A stretch of DNA of 64,000 nucleotides, from NCBI GenBank assembly GCA_964016885.1, contig OZ024741.1, positions 203,856,001-203,920,000 of the forward strand, given 5' to 3'. Positions 1 to 10,917 of this stretch are shown piece after piece (positions within the stretch are counted from its first letter, which is position 1; every line of letters starts with the position of its first letter). Under the pieces are notes generated by a model. That model saw only the letters and a program-made list of their open reading frames with translations, did no database searches and was not told where the DNA came from. The stretch is from Eledone cirrhosa. Its lineage: Eukaryota. Made by a program: the position numbers and the translations under genes.

Positions 1-724
1 ACAACCACCAGGTCAGGTCTATTGTGTTCCAGTTTTTTGTCCGTCTGTATCCTAAAATCCCACAGCACCTTCACCTGATTGTTCTCCATCACCGCCTCTG
101 GCCTATGATCATACCATTTCTCAGAATGTGGTAAATTGTTTACTTTGCACAGGTGCCAGTGGATCACCCTGCCCATCACATCGTGTCTCCAGCCCTTATA
201 TGGGTCTGGGCTAGGTGTTTACACTCGGACACAATGTGAGCCACAGTCTCCTCTCTCTCTCCACAGATCCTGCACAGTGGGCTAGCCTCCTCCTTGTAAA
301 TATGGTGCTTCAACCACTTCGTTTTGAGGGCCTGCTCCTGTGCAGCCATTAGCATTCCTTCTGTAGCCTTTTTGAGGTCTCCTCTTCTCAACCAGTTCCA
401 TGTCTGTGGATCTCTAAATTCAGTTTTCTCAAAGAAGGTACTATGAAGGGATTTTCCCTTAAGGCTGCTCTTCCTCCTTGATGTTATTTCCTCCTTGGAC
501 ATCCCCTGGCCTACTGTCCCCTCCTTCAGTACAGCTCTGAGCATTGGCTCCTTACTATAGGTCACGTATTTGTATAGGTTGTTTTTCTCCATCTGAACAC
601 AGTCCTCTATGCTGATAAGACCTCTTCCACCCTCAGATCTCCTTAGGTAGAGTCTATCGACATCACTCCTCTTGTGGAACATGTTGTAGATAGTCAATAG
701 CTTCCTAGTCTTCCTATCCATTTC

Positions 725-728
<4 letters not shown>
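1..728 (-). mobile_element. R4/Dong-like non-LTR retrotransposon, family A copy A1 (5'-truncated; continues past window start)
   Basis: Translation DRLYLRRSEGGRGL...CRICGEREETVAHIVSEC (CCHC finger), with REL region HNRPDLVV at the window edge; nearly identical to 16504-17980; 5' junction fused to (ATT)n. Confidence 0.9.
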
Positions 729-776
<48 letters not shown>

Positions 777-782
777 ATTATT
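728..782. repeat. (ATT)n microsatellite
   Basis: Direct; source of the poly-Ile in ORF 176..841. Confidence 0.95.
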
Positions 783-962
783 AGCAGTACCGGTAGAGGG
801 TCGGACGCCATGCTTTCCAGCATAGTTACGTCTGAGTTCAAATCCCGTCGAGGTTAACTTCGTCTTTCATCCTTACTGGGTCTATAAAATAAAGTACCAG
901 TAATGTACTGGATAATTGCTGGCCTTGTGCCAAAAATAGAAACAATTATTATTATTATTATT
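783..962 (+). mobile_element. Cephalopod-type tRNA-derived SINE with (ATT)n tail
   Basis: B-box-like GAGTTCAAATCCC, core TTTCATCC..ATAAAATAAAGTACCAG, ends AGAAACA(ATT)n; many related copies in the window. Confidence 0.85.
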
Positions 963-3900
963 GTTCTTTGAGTCACAGTCATTGATGTTATTTAACTGGA
1001 AAGTTTTGTTGAAATGAATATCAAGCCGCTACCTGCAGCCTCAGATATTCAGGACGTATCGGAGGGTTCTTGCTGTTCCCAGCAAGCATGCCTTTTGAAG
1101 TGTTCCAAAAAGCGGGACTGGACTATCTTTCTTTAACCATCATTGGAAACTCTTTGAGATAGTACCTAGTGCTCCTATGACAATCGGGACGACTCTGACT
1201 TCATGGCGGTTCCAAATCCTTTTTAACTCCCACTTTAAGTCCTGGTATCGGTTAATTTTCTCCCTCTCCTTTTCTTGCACTCTCGTGTCAAATGGGCAGG
1301 CTACATCTACAATCAGGCACGATCTCTTTTCCTTGTCCAAAACCACCAGGTCAGGTCTATTGTGTTCCAGTTTCTTGTCCGCCTGCATTCTAAAATCCCA
1401 TAGCACCTTCACCTGATCGTTTTCTATCACCGACTCTGGCTTATGCTCATACCACTTCTCAGAATGTGGTAAATTGTTTACTTTGCATAGGTGCAGTGGA
1501 TCACCCTGCCCATCACATCATGTCTCCAGCCTTTATAGTGAGTCTGGGCTAGGTGTTTACACTCGGATACAATGTGAGCCACAGTCTCCTCTCTCTCTCC
1601 ACAGATCCTACAGTGGGCTAGCCTCCTCCTTGTAAATATGGTGTTTCACCCACTTCGTTTTGAGTGCCTCTATGCGGATAAGACCACTTCCACCTTCAGA
1701 TCTCTTTAAATAGAGTCTATCGACATCACTCTTCTTGTGGAACATGTTGTAGATAGTCAATAGCTTCCTAGTCTTCCTATCCATTTCTTTTTGTTCAGCA
1801 ACATTCCATTTCAGAATTCCCGCACTCTACTTAATAATAGACACAGCTCGGGAATATTCACTGCACTTATGACATTCCTACTATTTAGACGTGATTTTAA
1901 TACACTCCTTACTCTCCTTATGTACTCAGATCTTATCAATTCCTTCATTTTTTTTTTTGTTCTTGATGTCATCTGCCTCCAGAGCACCTAAATATTTGTA
2001 TCCTTCAGTGTCAATTTCCTTTATCATCTCACCTGTTGGTACCTGGATTCCGTTTCTTCTGATCAATTTACCCCTTTTCATCACTAGGACTCCACACTTA
2101 TTAATAACAAATTGCATACATATATCATTGCTGAAAATATGGACAGTGTCAACAGGTACACCCATCTCCTTCTCACTCTTCCCAAAGAGTTTAAGATCGT
2201 CCATGAAGAGGAGGTGGTTGATGGTATGCTCTCACTTTTCGCAGTATAATGGTCAGGGGTATCAGGGCAAGGACAAACAACAGAGGGGACAAACTATCTC
2301 CCTGGAAGATACCTCTCTTGATCTTCACGCCATCCAAGGATTCTCCACCCGATGTTAATTCTGTTTCCCAGGACTTCATACTTTTGCTCAACAACTGTCT
2401 GATGTTATCTGCCACCTTTAAGATCTCTAGGCTTTTGGTTATCCAAGAATGAGGTACCATGTCGAATGCCTTTTTGTAGTCTATCCATCCCATGGCAAAA
2501 CCAGTGTGTCTCCTCCTGCAATTCCTCATTACCATTTTATCAATAAGTAGCTGGTCTTTTGTACCACGGGACTTCTTTCGGCATCCTTCCTGTTCGTCCG
2601 GTAACAAGTTGTTTGTGTGGAGGTGATGGTAGATTTCCTCAGACACAATGCTTGTTAACAGTTTCCACATTACGAATAGACATATCATAGGTCTATAGTT
2701 GGTAACATCATTACCCTTGATTCGGTCTTTCATTACCAGGACTGTGGTACCCTTTGTCAACCACTCTGGTACCTCACCCGACATCAAGCAGTCATTGAAC
2801 ATGGTTGTCAGTTTCGGGTGGAGGGATGTTATATTTTTAATCCAATACCCCTGCATACCATCTGGGCCTGGTGATTTCCAGTTGGTTAGTTTTCTGGCCT
2901 TCCCTTTAAGCGTTTCAACTGTGATACTTAAATCACTTTGTTGGTGTGCTTGTTCACTCATCTCCTTTTGTACTGTCTCAATCCACACTGCCTGATCATT
3001 ATGTTCAACATCCTGCTCCCATATTCCTCTCCAGAATGTCTTAGTCTGTTCCGCCTCAGGGATCAAGTCGTTGCCTCTTTCTTTCCCTTCAAGCTGCCCA
3101 AACAACATCTTCTGGTTGTTGTCAAACATGCGGTTCTGCCTATACTGACTGACTCTGCTCTCACAACGCCTAATCTTTGCACTCTTTGCTACAATGCGTT
3201 GCCTCAGTTCCTCTATGATAATATTTAGCTTTTTCCTCCTAGTTTTGTACTTTATTTCCAGTCTATTTTTAGTGTCTATGTTTTGTAGTGTCCCATTCAG
3301 TAGGAACTCAAACTTTCCAATGTCATTTCTCATTTCCCTGATTTGACCATTCAGTCGTTTCTTCCACCAAGGTTCTGATCTTTCTTGTTTGTTGTTTCCT
3401 CTCGCTTTTATGCCAAGTAATTTCCTCACCGCATTTGCTGTTGCTTTGAGGATATTGTTGCATTGGTGAAGGTTCCTCGCCTCAAGGTATGGGATGACTT
3501 TGTTTACCTTAGCTGTTGTTTCTTTTAACTTTTTCCTGTCTACAAATCTTAGGTTCATAGGTTTTCCATTATCATTGTTCATTTCATCTACTACTAAGTT
3601 TAGGATATCAACCAAATTTTGTCCTAGCCCGTCAGCATTCATTTCCTCAATGGCGGCATCTTTGTTCCAGGTGTTATTTATGTCAGCATTCAGGTCATTG
3701 TCTGCTTCGGATGCTTCCTCAGGTCTCTCAACCTCTTCACCTTCATTTCCCACTGACTCGTTTGCCTGGCATACTCCACTCTCCATTTCCAACCTAATCT
3801 CTCTGCTCAGTTCCTCCAGTTCCAACCTGCTTATCCATCCATTAGTTCTTATTACCCGAGCCTGCCCGGCCAATTTTTGTTCATCTAATTTAAATAAACC

Positions 3901-4220
3901 AATCTCGTTCCAGATGTTATGCATCCGTTTCCTATAGCCTTTTTCCTTGGGGTTACTCTTCAGGTAACATTGCATAACAGTTCTATTCAATTCTTTCGTC
4001 CAGTTGGTTCTTGTCCCTTTCCTTCTTCTTCCTCCAACACCATCAGTATTTGGATGACAGTCTCCTCTTCACCGTTATTCGAACTGTTTAGATTCGACAT
4101 TTAAACACTCATATCGAGGATTGGTGAAAGTATAGTTACATAACCACCGGTGATTTCATCACCCCCCAGTGATTTCATCACCACCGGTGATTTTAGCGTG
4201 GCACCATCGCGCTGTAGATG
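963..4220 (-). mobile_element. R4/Dong-like element A2, near full length (5' boundary approximate)
   Basis: N-terminal WTKELNRTVMQCY..GYRKRM; RT motifs [35 protein letters not shown]; REL RPDLVV..IVDVACP..KINRYQDL; internal deletions. Confidence 0.9.
1041..4101 (-). pseudogene. Disrupted RT-REL polyprotein ORF of A2
   Basis: ORF pieces 2191..3990, 1926..2204 and 1140..1430 are colinear parts of one R4-type ORF ending LRYVLNI*. Confidence 0.85.
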
Positions 4221-4514
4221 AACATAAATAAATAAACAAATAAATAGATAAAAACTTTAAAAAATAAACATAAGTTTCATTGTATGTTTGAATATCTGAC
4301 TTAGTTTTTTTTGTTTGTTTGTTTTTTTCCTTTGCGTTTTTCGTTTTTCAAGGCCAGTAACATCGGTTACTAGTGTTGTTGTTGCTGCTGCTGCTAAGGG
4401 AAGTAGGAGTTGTTGTGTTCAAAATTTTTGAAATTTGTATTTGTTGTTGCGTTTGCTTCTGTCTGTGTTCTGTTCTATAATTTTTCGACTTGTTGCTTAT
4501 CATTATTATTTTTA

Positions 4515-4618
4515 TTCCTTTCATCCTTACGGGGCCGACAAAACAAAGAACCAGCAACACACCGGGACAATTGCTGGTTCCGTGCCAAAAGCAGAAACAA
4601 TTATTATTATTATATTAT
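4515..4618 (+). mobile_element. SINE 3' half with clustered T>C changes and ATT tail
   Basis: Aligns to SINE copies at 49050-49140 and 61565-61650 with about 10 T>C changes in about 70 bp. Confidence 0.75.
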
Positions 4619-5179
4619 AGTTTAGATTTGACATCGTTTAAACTAAACATTTTGAGAGAGTTTAGAGATTGGTCTTGTTGTTGTTGTTAGCTGTTTGACC
4701 GAGTCACTAACCCAGTCTATTTATATCTTTTGGTACCTTCCTCGCTTCTTTTCATGTGTAGCGGCACTACCACCATCCCTCTCTTAAGTAGTGAGGGAAT
4801 AGTGGTGGTAGCGATGTTACAGTGGTGGCGATGGTAATGGGATAGCAGTACTATAGGGATGGTGCTGGTTTGTACTTGGCTAGATTTTTTATGGTAGTGG
4901 GGATGGTGATGATGGCGGCGGTGGTGAAGTTATTTGGCTGTTGTTTTCTAGCCATTTTCGTTTCTGACTATAACATTTCTGGTACAAAATTAAATATTAA
5001 ATATTGGAGCCCTATGCCATAATGTGATGCGTTGCCACTTCCTAAGAGTTAAAGACTGATATCTTATGTTCCATTTGTAATAAGAATTATTCTATCACAA
5101 TTGTTTTAAATATGTAAAAACAAAAACTTACGTAAGCGATTCCATAACACTCTATCCACCATGTGCAGTGTGGGTATGG

Positions 5180-5453
5180 TGTGGCGTGCGGTGGCCGGGG
5201 GGGGGGGGGGGGGGGGTGCTCGACCGGAAGGGGTTTTTGAGTGCTCGACCGGAAGGGGTCTTTGACCGGAAGGACGCTCGACCGGAAGGGCCAGGAGAGA
5301 GCCTCTCTCTGGTGGTGACCAGCATACGGTGAGGACGCGTTTTGGGCAGCTCCCGGTTTTAAGCAGTCGGACGCACGTGGAAGAGGAGTACCTGCAGTGG
5401 AATTTAGCGGCGCCTGTGAAAAGCGGTAAGTGAGATAGCTTTTTCTAACCACA
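5180..5453 (+). mobile_element. 5' LTR of a Ty3/Gypsy element
   Basis: TGTGG...CCACA inverted termini; four internal GACCGGAAGG repeats; PBS-like TTCGGCGACT follows at about 5460, then gag. Confidence 0.7.
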
Positions 5454-5467
5454 AGCTATTTCGGCGA

Positions 5468-5502
<35 letters not shown>

Positions 5503-5526
5503 ACTTGCCGCAAAACAAATCAGAAG

Positions 5527-6288
5527 ATGGCGACAAGACTACGGATGAACGAAGCTATCAGGCCATTCACCGGGGAAGGTGATGTTGTCGCTTGGCTGCG
5601 GAAGGTTCGGCTGGTCGCGGGCTTGCAGAAGATAGAAGACGTGGCCGGTCTCATTGCATTGTACCTCGAGGGTGACGCGTTGGTACTCTTCCTTGAGTTG
5701 GACGAGCACAGCCAAAGAGATGTGCAGAAGATTGAGAGGCGTCTGATGGATGCATTCGCCGAGGGACCATTGGCGGCTTTTGCTAAGCTGGCGAGAATCA
5801 GGTGGAATGGTGAGCGCGTCGACATTTTCGCAGCGGAAATAAGGCGGTTGGCTATGTTGGCGGGCTACCAGGCAGAATGCGAACGCACGGTGCGGTTGGC
5901 ATTCATCAATGGATTTCCGGACGACATAGCGGTGAAACTGCAGCAAGTCCCGGGGTACAAGGAGATGGAAATGCGTTCACTGGTGGAACAAGCCCGGATC
6001 ATAGCGGAAGATGCCAAAAAGAGTGTCGCGGCGATAGCGACTACGGAGGCTCAGGACACCTGGCAGCGAAATGGTCAAAGGGAGGCAACCTCGGCACGCG
6101 GCCGTTCGCGAGAATTTAAGGGCCGCTGTTTTAGGTGTCAGGGCCCGCATATGGCTAGAGACTGTAGAGAATCGAAGCCGGATATAATCTGCTACCGGTG
6201 TAAGCGACCAGGCCACATCGCTACTAACTGCGACCAGGGAAACGGTCCAAGGGGAACTACTGCGCCGGTAGTTGCCCCTTACGAGTAG
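5527..6288 (+). CDS. gag: Ty3/Gypsy Gag
   Basis: Intact 253-aa ORF; capsid-like PFTGEGDVVAW; two zinc knuckles CFRCQGPHMARDC and CYRCKRPGHIATNC. Confidence 0.85.
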   Translation: MATRLRMNEAIRPFTGEGDVVAWLRKVRLVAGLQKIEDVAGLIALYLEGDALVLFLELDEHSQRDVQKIERRLMDAFAEGPLAAFAKLARIRWNGERVDIFAAEIRRLAMLAGYQAECERTVRLAFINGFPDDIAVKLQQVPGYKEMEMRSLVEQARIIAEDAKKSVAAIATTEAQDTWQRNGQREATSARGRSREFKGRCFRCQGPHMARDCRESKPDIICYRCKRPGHIATNCDQGNGPRGTTAPVVAPYE

Positions 6289-6294
6289 CGGCGC
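6237..6294 (+). promoter_or_regulatory. -1 ribosomal frameshift signal (G GGA AAC plus H-type pseudoknot)
   Basis: Heptamer 6237-6243 in the gag frame; stem 1 6249-6260/6268-6280; loop GCGCCG pairs with CGGCGC 6289-6294; the -1 frame is open into the protease. Confidence 0.75.
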
Positions 6295-6765
6295 TGCCGG
6301 TGGTGGAAGTCTTCGTGAGGGGGAAGCCACAGCGAGCCCTCGTGGATACGGGCTGTACGACGACACTGGTGACCGCGGGGGTGGCGCAGAGGTGGGGAGG
6401 GAAGAGCAGCGTAAGGGCAGTCGACGGCAGGAAAATTGAATGCCGAGGTCGCAGCGAGATGGAAATAGCGGTACGGGGAAGGAAGATAAGGCTTTCCGCC
6501 ATCGTGGTAGACAGTGTGGTGGATGGGATCGGCGTGGTTATGGGCATGGACGCGATTGGCCGTCTAGGGGGGCGTCACGGTGAACAATGTCGGTGTGTCG
6601 TTTGGCGCCGCTGCATCGGTATGCGCTGTGAGTGCACGTCATGAGAACCAGAAGGCCCACGAGGGGCAATACCCCGCTTACACTGTACAGGACAAGGACT
6701 TCAAGGCCGTGTTTGATGGGCAGCGATGGGTTGTTGAGTGGTACTGGAAGGGAGAACCACCAACA
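6243..6765 (+). pseudogene. Retroviral-type aspartic protease (pol 5' part), truncated before RT
   Basis: ALVDTGC and VVMGMDAI motifs; frameshift near 6570; homology ends after WVVEWYWKGEPP. Confidence 0.8.
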
Positions 6766-9700
6766 GTGATGAGTAGGAGGGCAACGTCCGTGGCACCCGT
6801 ACCAAGGCCACGGACAACTAAAGCAGCAGCATCAGTGGCGGCAACACCAATAGCTACATTTGAAGTAGCTACACAAGCAACAAAATTGCCGAAGAGGGCT
6901 CCATTACCACCACCAACAGCCGTGGAGCACATACCCCTCCCAGACGCCACAGAATCCGACATGGAGTTTGAGGCGGGAGTGAAGTGGCAAACGGTCTGCC
7001 ACAAAAAAAACCCCCAAAAAACCCCCTTAGCTTCGCCCTCCAAAAGCGAAGGCACACAAAGAGGGGTTAAGGCAGCAAGGAAACTTGCAGCAACATCACC
7101 ACCATCACCATCACCACCACAAGCACCACCGCCAACAGCAACCACACCACCACCAGCATCACCAAAAACAACAACAGCGCAAACAAAACAAAACACACAC
7201 ACCAAACAGCAACAAGAAGAAAACAGCAACAAAATCACCTCTCCCCCCAAAAGGTACACAGCCATAAAAATGGCAAAAAAAAACTCATACAATATATAAA
7301 GCAGCACACAGACATCACAGAAAAAACTACTACACCACACCAACACCAAGAACTCTCCCGCATCATTGAAATCTCAATAGAACAGTATACACTTTTAAAA
7401 CAAAAATTCCACAACGTAGTTGGAGACTTCAGCGGGTCGGTTACCAAGAGGATATACACTTACATCCTCTTGGAAACACCCATGACCAGCCAAAGGGACG
7501 GTTCTACTGTCCCTTTACCACACGATCAAGGTAAGTGACCCTTTCTCACTTGCCCCGTTTCTCATCCAACATGGCCGTACTCAGAATAGGCAGTATAAAT
7601 GCACGTGGCCTGGGGTCATCTTGGAAGCAGGGTCACCTGCTCAACGACCTCAGGTCACTAAACATAGATGTGGTGGCCATCAGCGAGACCAGAATCTCCG
7701 AAGCACGAGCCTTCGCATCGATCTTCGGCGGCTACGATGTATGCGCATCTCCCAGCCGTCCAGGATCGGGGGGAGGGGTTGCCGTCCTTTTTCGGAGAGG
7801 CTTGGATCTCGCCATACGGGCCATCTTCCTAAACCCAGAAGGTAAGTCGGTGGTGCTGGACGTGACCGGCACAGAAGGCAACGCTTTCAGGCTAGTAGCC
7901 GTCTATGCCCCGACAGGGACAGGACGACCAGATTTCTTTAGACGTCTAGAGACCTTTCTGGGCGACTGGAACGGTATCTTGGATGCAGGCTGGGATTGTG
8001 TGGGGCTAGTAGATAGGAGAGGAGGGTGCAAGAGCCTCACCAACCTGCTCAGACGTTTTGAACTGTCTGACAGGTCTCGACTGGATCACCCGAATGTGCC
8101 AATGTGGACATGGACAAACCGCATCGGGTCATCCAGGTATTCTGCAGGGAATTAGATAAGGCTAGTATAAGTTGTCCACAATTTAAAATAGTCGACTACA
8201 CAGACCACAAATTTTTGATCTGTGAGATCGACATAGACAGACTTCATAGACAAGGACCCGGTTACTGGAAGCTGAACGCGTCTTTCCTGGCGCGCAAAGC
8301 CTACAGAGACCGGATTAGCATATTAGTTAAGCGGACGTTGACGGGAGCGGTCGTCAATAACAGGTGGTGGTTCGCCCTGAAAAGGGCAATTAAAGTAGAG
8401 TCGATTAGGATTAGCAAAGGACTAGTGATAGAGGAAAATAGAGTAGAGGGAGAGCTAGTCAGAAAGCTAGAAGAGGCGTTTAGGACAGGCATCGCAACCG
8501 ACGTGCTTGCGGCGAGATTGGCACTCGACCAATTCTTCAACGCAAAACACGAAGACTGCGTTGTCAGAGCTAGAGCACGTGCTCTGAAACACGAGGGGAC
8601 AAAAGCCGTCCAATGGGCCCGGGTGGCAGAGGCGCGACGTGGCAACAAAGCCACAATTCGGTCTTTATCTGACCAAAACGGGCGCGTGTTGCTCGAACCG
8701 AGCAGATGTGTGAAAGTTTTCAGCAGCACTTTGCTGAACTGTTCGGGAGCAGCGGCGGGCCGGATCGGAGTATGGACTTCAGTGCATACCTCGACGGGCT
8801 GCCTCGGGTCTCGACGACCGCAGCACAGTGTTGCAAAAAGCCAATAACATCCGGTGAAATACGAGAAGCGATGGCTAACTGCACGAGGGGTAAATCGCCA
8901 GGTTTGGGTGGTCTGCCCTACGAGCTTTATGCATTTATGCCAGACTTGTTCGGTGACCTCTTGGCAGACGTCTACTGCAACTGGCAGCAGAACGGGAGCA
9001 TTCCCAGTTTTGTGAGCGAGGGAGCGATGGCGCTGTTGAGAAAAGACCCGAACAAGGGGAATGTTATCGATAACTTCAGGCCCATAACCCTGCTAAACGC
9101 AGAGTTCAAGATTTTGGCCAAGGTGTTAGCAACGAGGTTGGCGTTTGTCGTCAAGGGTCTGGTGGGAGAGGCGCAGCCATGTGCCATTCCGGACAGATCC
9201 ATACACGACAACCTCCACCTCATGCGATATACCATAGAGAGACTGGTTAAGGAACCTGGCACGGGTGGGTCTTTGATCAACTTGGATCAATCTAAAGCAC
9301 TTGATATGCTCGACCATCGGTACGTGGCGGCGGTCCTCGAGGCAGCCGGTTTCGGGCCCGTTTTCAGCGACATCTGCTCAGTTGTGAGGGTGAACGGTCA
9401 CCTGTCGCAGCCGTTCAGCATCATGCGCTCGGTCCGCCAGGGTTGTCCCCTCTCGTCCCTCTTGTATGTATTGGCTCTCGAGCCGTTACTGCACAAACTG
9501 GGGGCAATGAGGGGCGTCCCACGCCAATTAGTATGCGGGAAATCCGAGTCGGCTTAACCCTACGACGTCACCGTCGTGGTTTCGAGCACCAGACACTTCC
9601 AGATGCTCGGCATCGCTCTCAAGGAATACGAAGCGGTGCAAAGATAAACCAGGAAAAGTCGGTGGGCTTGCAGCTCGGCACCTGGAGAGGCAAGTCCATG

Positions 9701-10893
9701 CCGTCCGACGCGTGGAGGACTGGGCATGCCATGGCTGATGATACGCAAACATGCGCTGAGGTTGCGACATCTCTGGTTCTTTCTTGACGGTGAACAGGTG
9801 TGGTCGCCGTTCACCAGGCACGTTTTCCCACATCTCGTCTCCTTGACGGAGCTTCAGTCCTAGTTCAGGAAAAGACCGAGGATAGTGCTTGGAAACTGGA
9901 ATGTCTCCAGGCGCTCACTGACCTCTGCCAGCTGGGCACCAGTATCGGTGGAACATCCACCTCGGCGTTCTATAGAGGACTAGTGGAGGGGAAGAGCGAC
10001 GACGTTCTCGGAGAGATCTTGGGCGTCGAAGAAGATCAGCTGTGTGCTCTCTTCCGGAGAACTTTCAGCCCAGGGCCTATGGAAAACTTCCAAAAATCCC
10101 TGGCCTAGCAGTGCTACCGGGGAGCGTTGCCGGTTCGAGATAAGCTCTACAGGCACTGAAGTGCCGTCAGCCGAGCCTATCCGAGATGCTCGCAGAGCGA
10201 CGAAACCATCGTGCACGCACTCGTTCAGTCCCCGAGCATTGCTGACTTGTGGAGCTATGTCGAACAGTTGCTGTCGTGTGTAGGACTGATCCGGTTATCG
10301 ACTGAGTCCATTGTGCAGATGGACTCGCCGTCTTCCTTCGAGGGGGAAGGACAGGCGGTTTTTATCTGCCTGGTATCCATAGCGAAAGATATTGTGTGGT
10401 GGACAAGGTTGAAAGGGTTAAAGACAGACACTTTCCTCTTCGGCGAATCCCTAATTAACTTTTTCAAGTTTCACTTGAAGAGGAAAATCAGGGTGGAGAG
10501 GCAAGTGCTGCCTTCTAGCAAGTTTGTTGAAAGGTGGGTGAATGTAGCGAGAATGGTCCGAGTGAACGGGACCGCTCTGAATATACGTCTGTAGTTTGAG
10601 AAATGGAAAAATTGAGAGAGGGCACTTGCCCTGGTGGTCAGGGTGGCCGTGGTCTTTTGTGTGGTTTCCGCCACGAGTAACCCTCGGAGGTTTCCCCCCT
10701 ATTGGGGAATGTTTCATTGTTTCAATTTTCATTTTTATTGTTTATATATATATATATATATATGTTTCTATGTCCTTTTTCTTTTCTTATATAAATAATA
10801 AAAATCTTTACACGCACAAAACCCACAACGTACGGTCGGGTGCCGTCTGTAATGTTTTTCTTGATGTCATCCCTTGTGGCCAATAAATAAATC
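6766..10893 (+). mobile_element. Tx1/L1-group element B1 (5' end joined to Gypsy)
   Basis: Pro/Thr-rich ORF1 C-terminal part, ORF2, and 3' UTR ending TTGTGGCCAATAAATAAATC then (ATT)n. Confidence 0.85.
7571..10594 (+). pseudogene. Tx1-like ORF2 (APE-RT-Cys finger), disrupted
   Basis: LRIGSINARGL, ISET, VYAP, GDWN, TDH, GPGYWKLN, NFRPITLLN, VRQGCPLS. Confidence 0.85.
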
Positions 10894-10917
10894 ATTATTA
10901 TTATTATTATTATTATT

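Noticed and set aside
729-841. Signal peptide or transmembrane N-terminus (poly-Ile) on ORF 176..841; similar in 13190..13534 and 17692..18156
   Set aside because: Read-through of the (ATT)n microsatellite and SINE
4140-4222. Ribozyme at the A2 5' end (GTGATTTCATCAC repeats)
   Set aside because: Could not build an HDV or hammerhead core on the sense strand; only short dyad repeats
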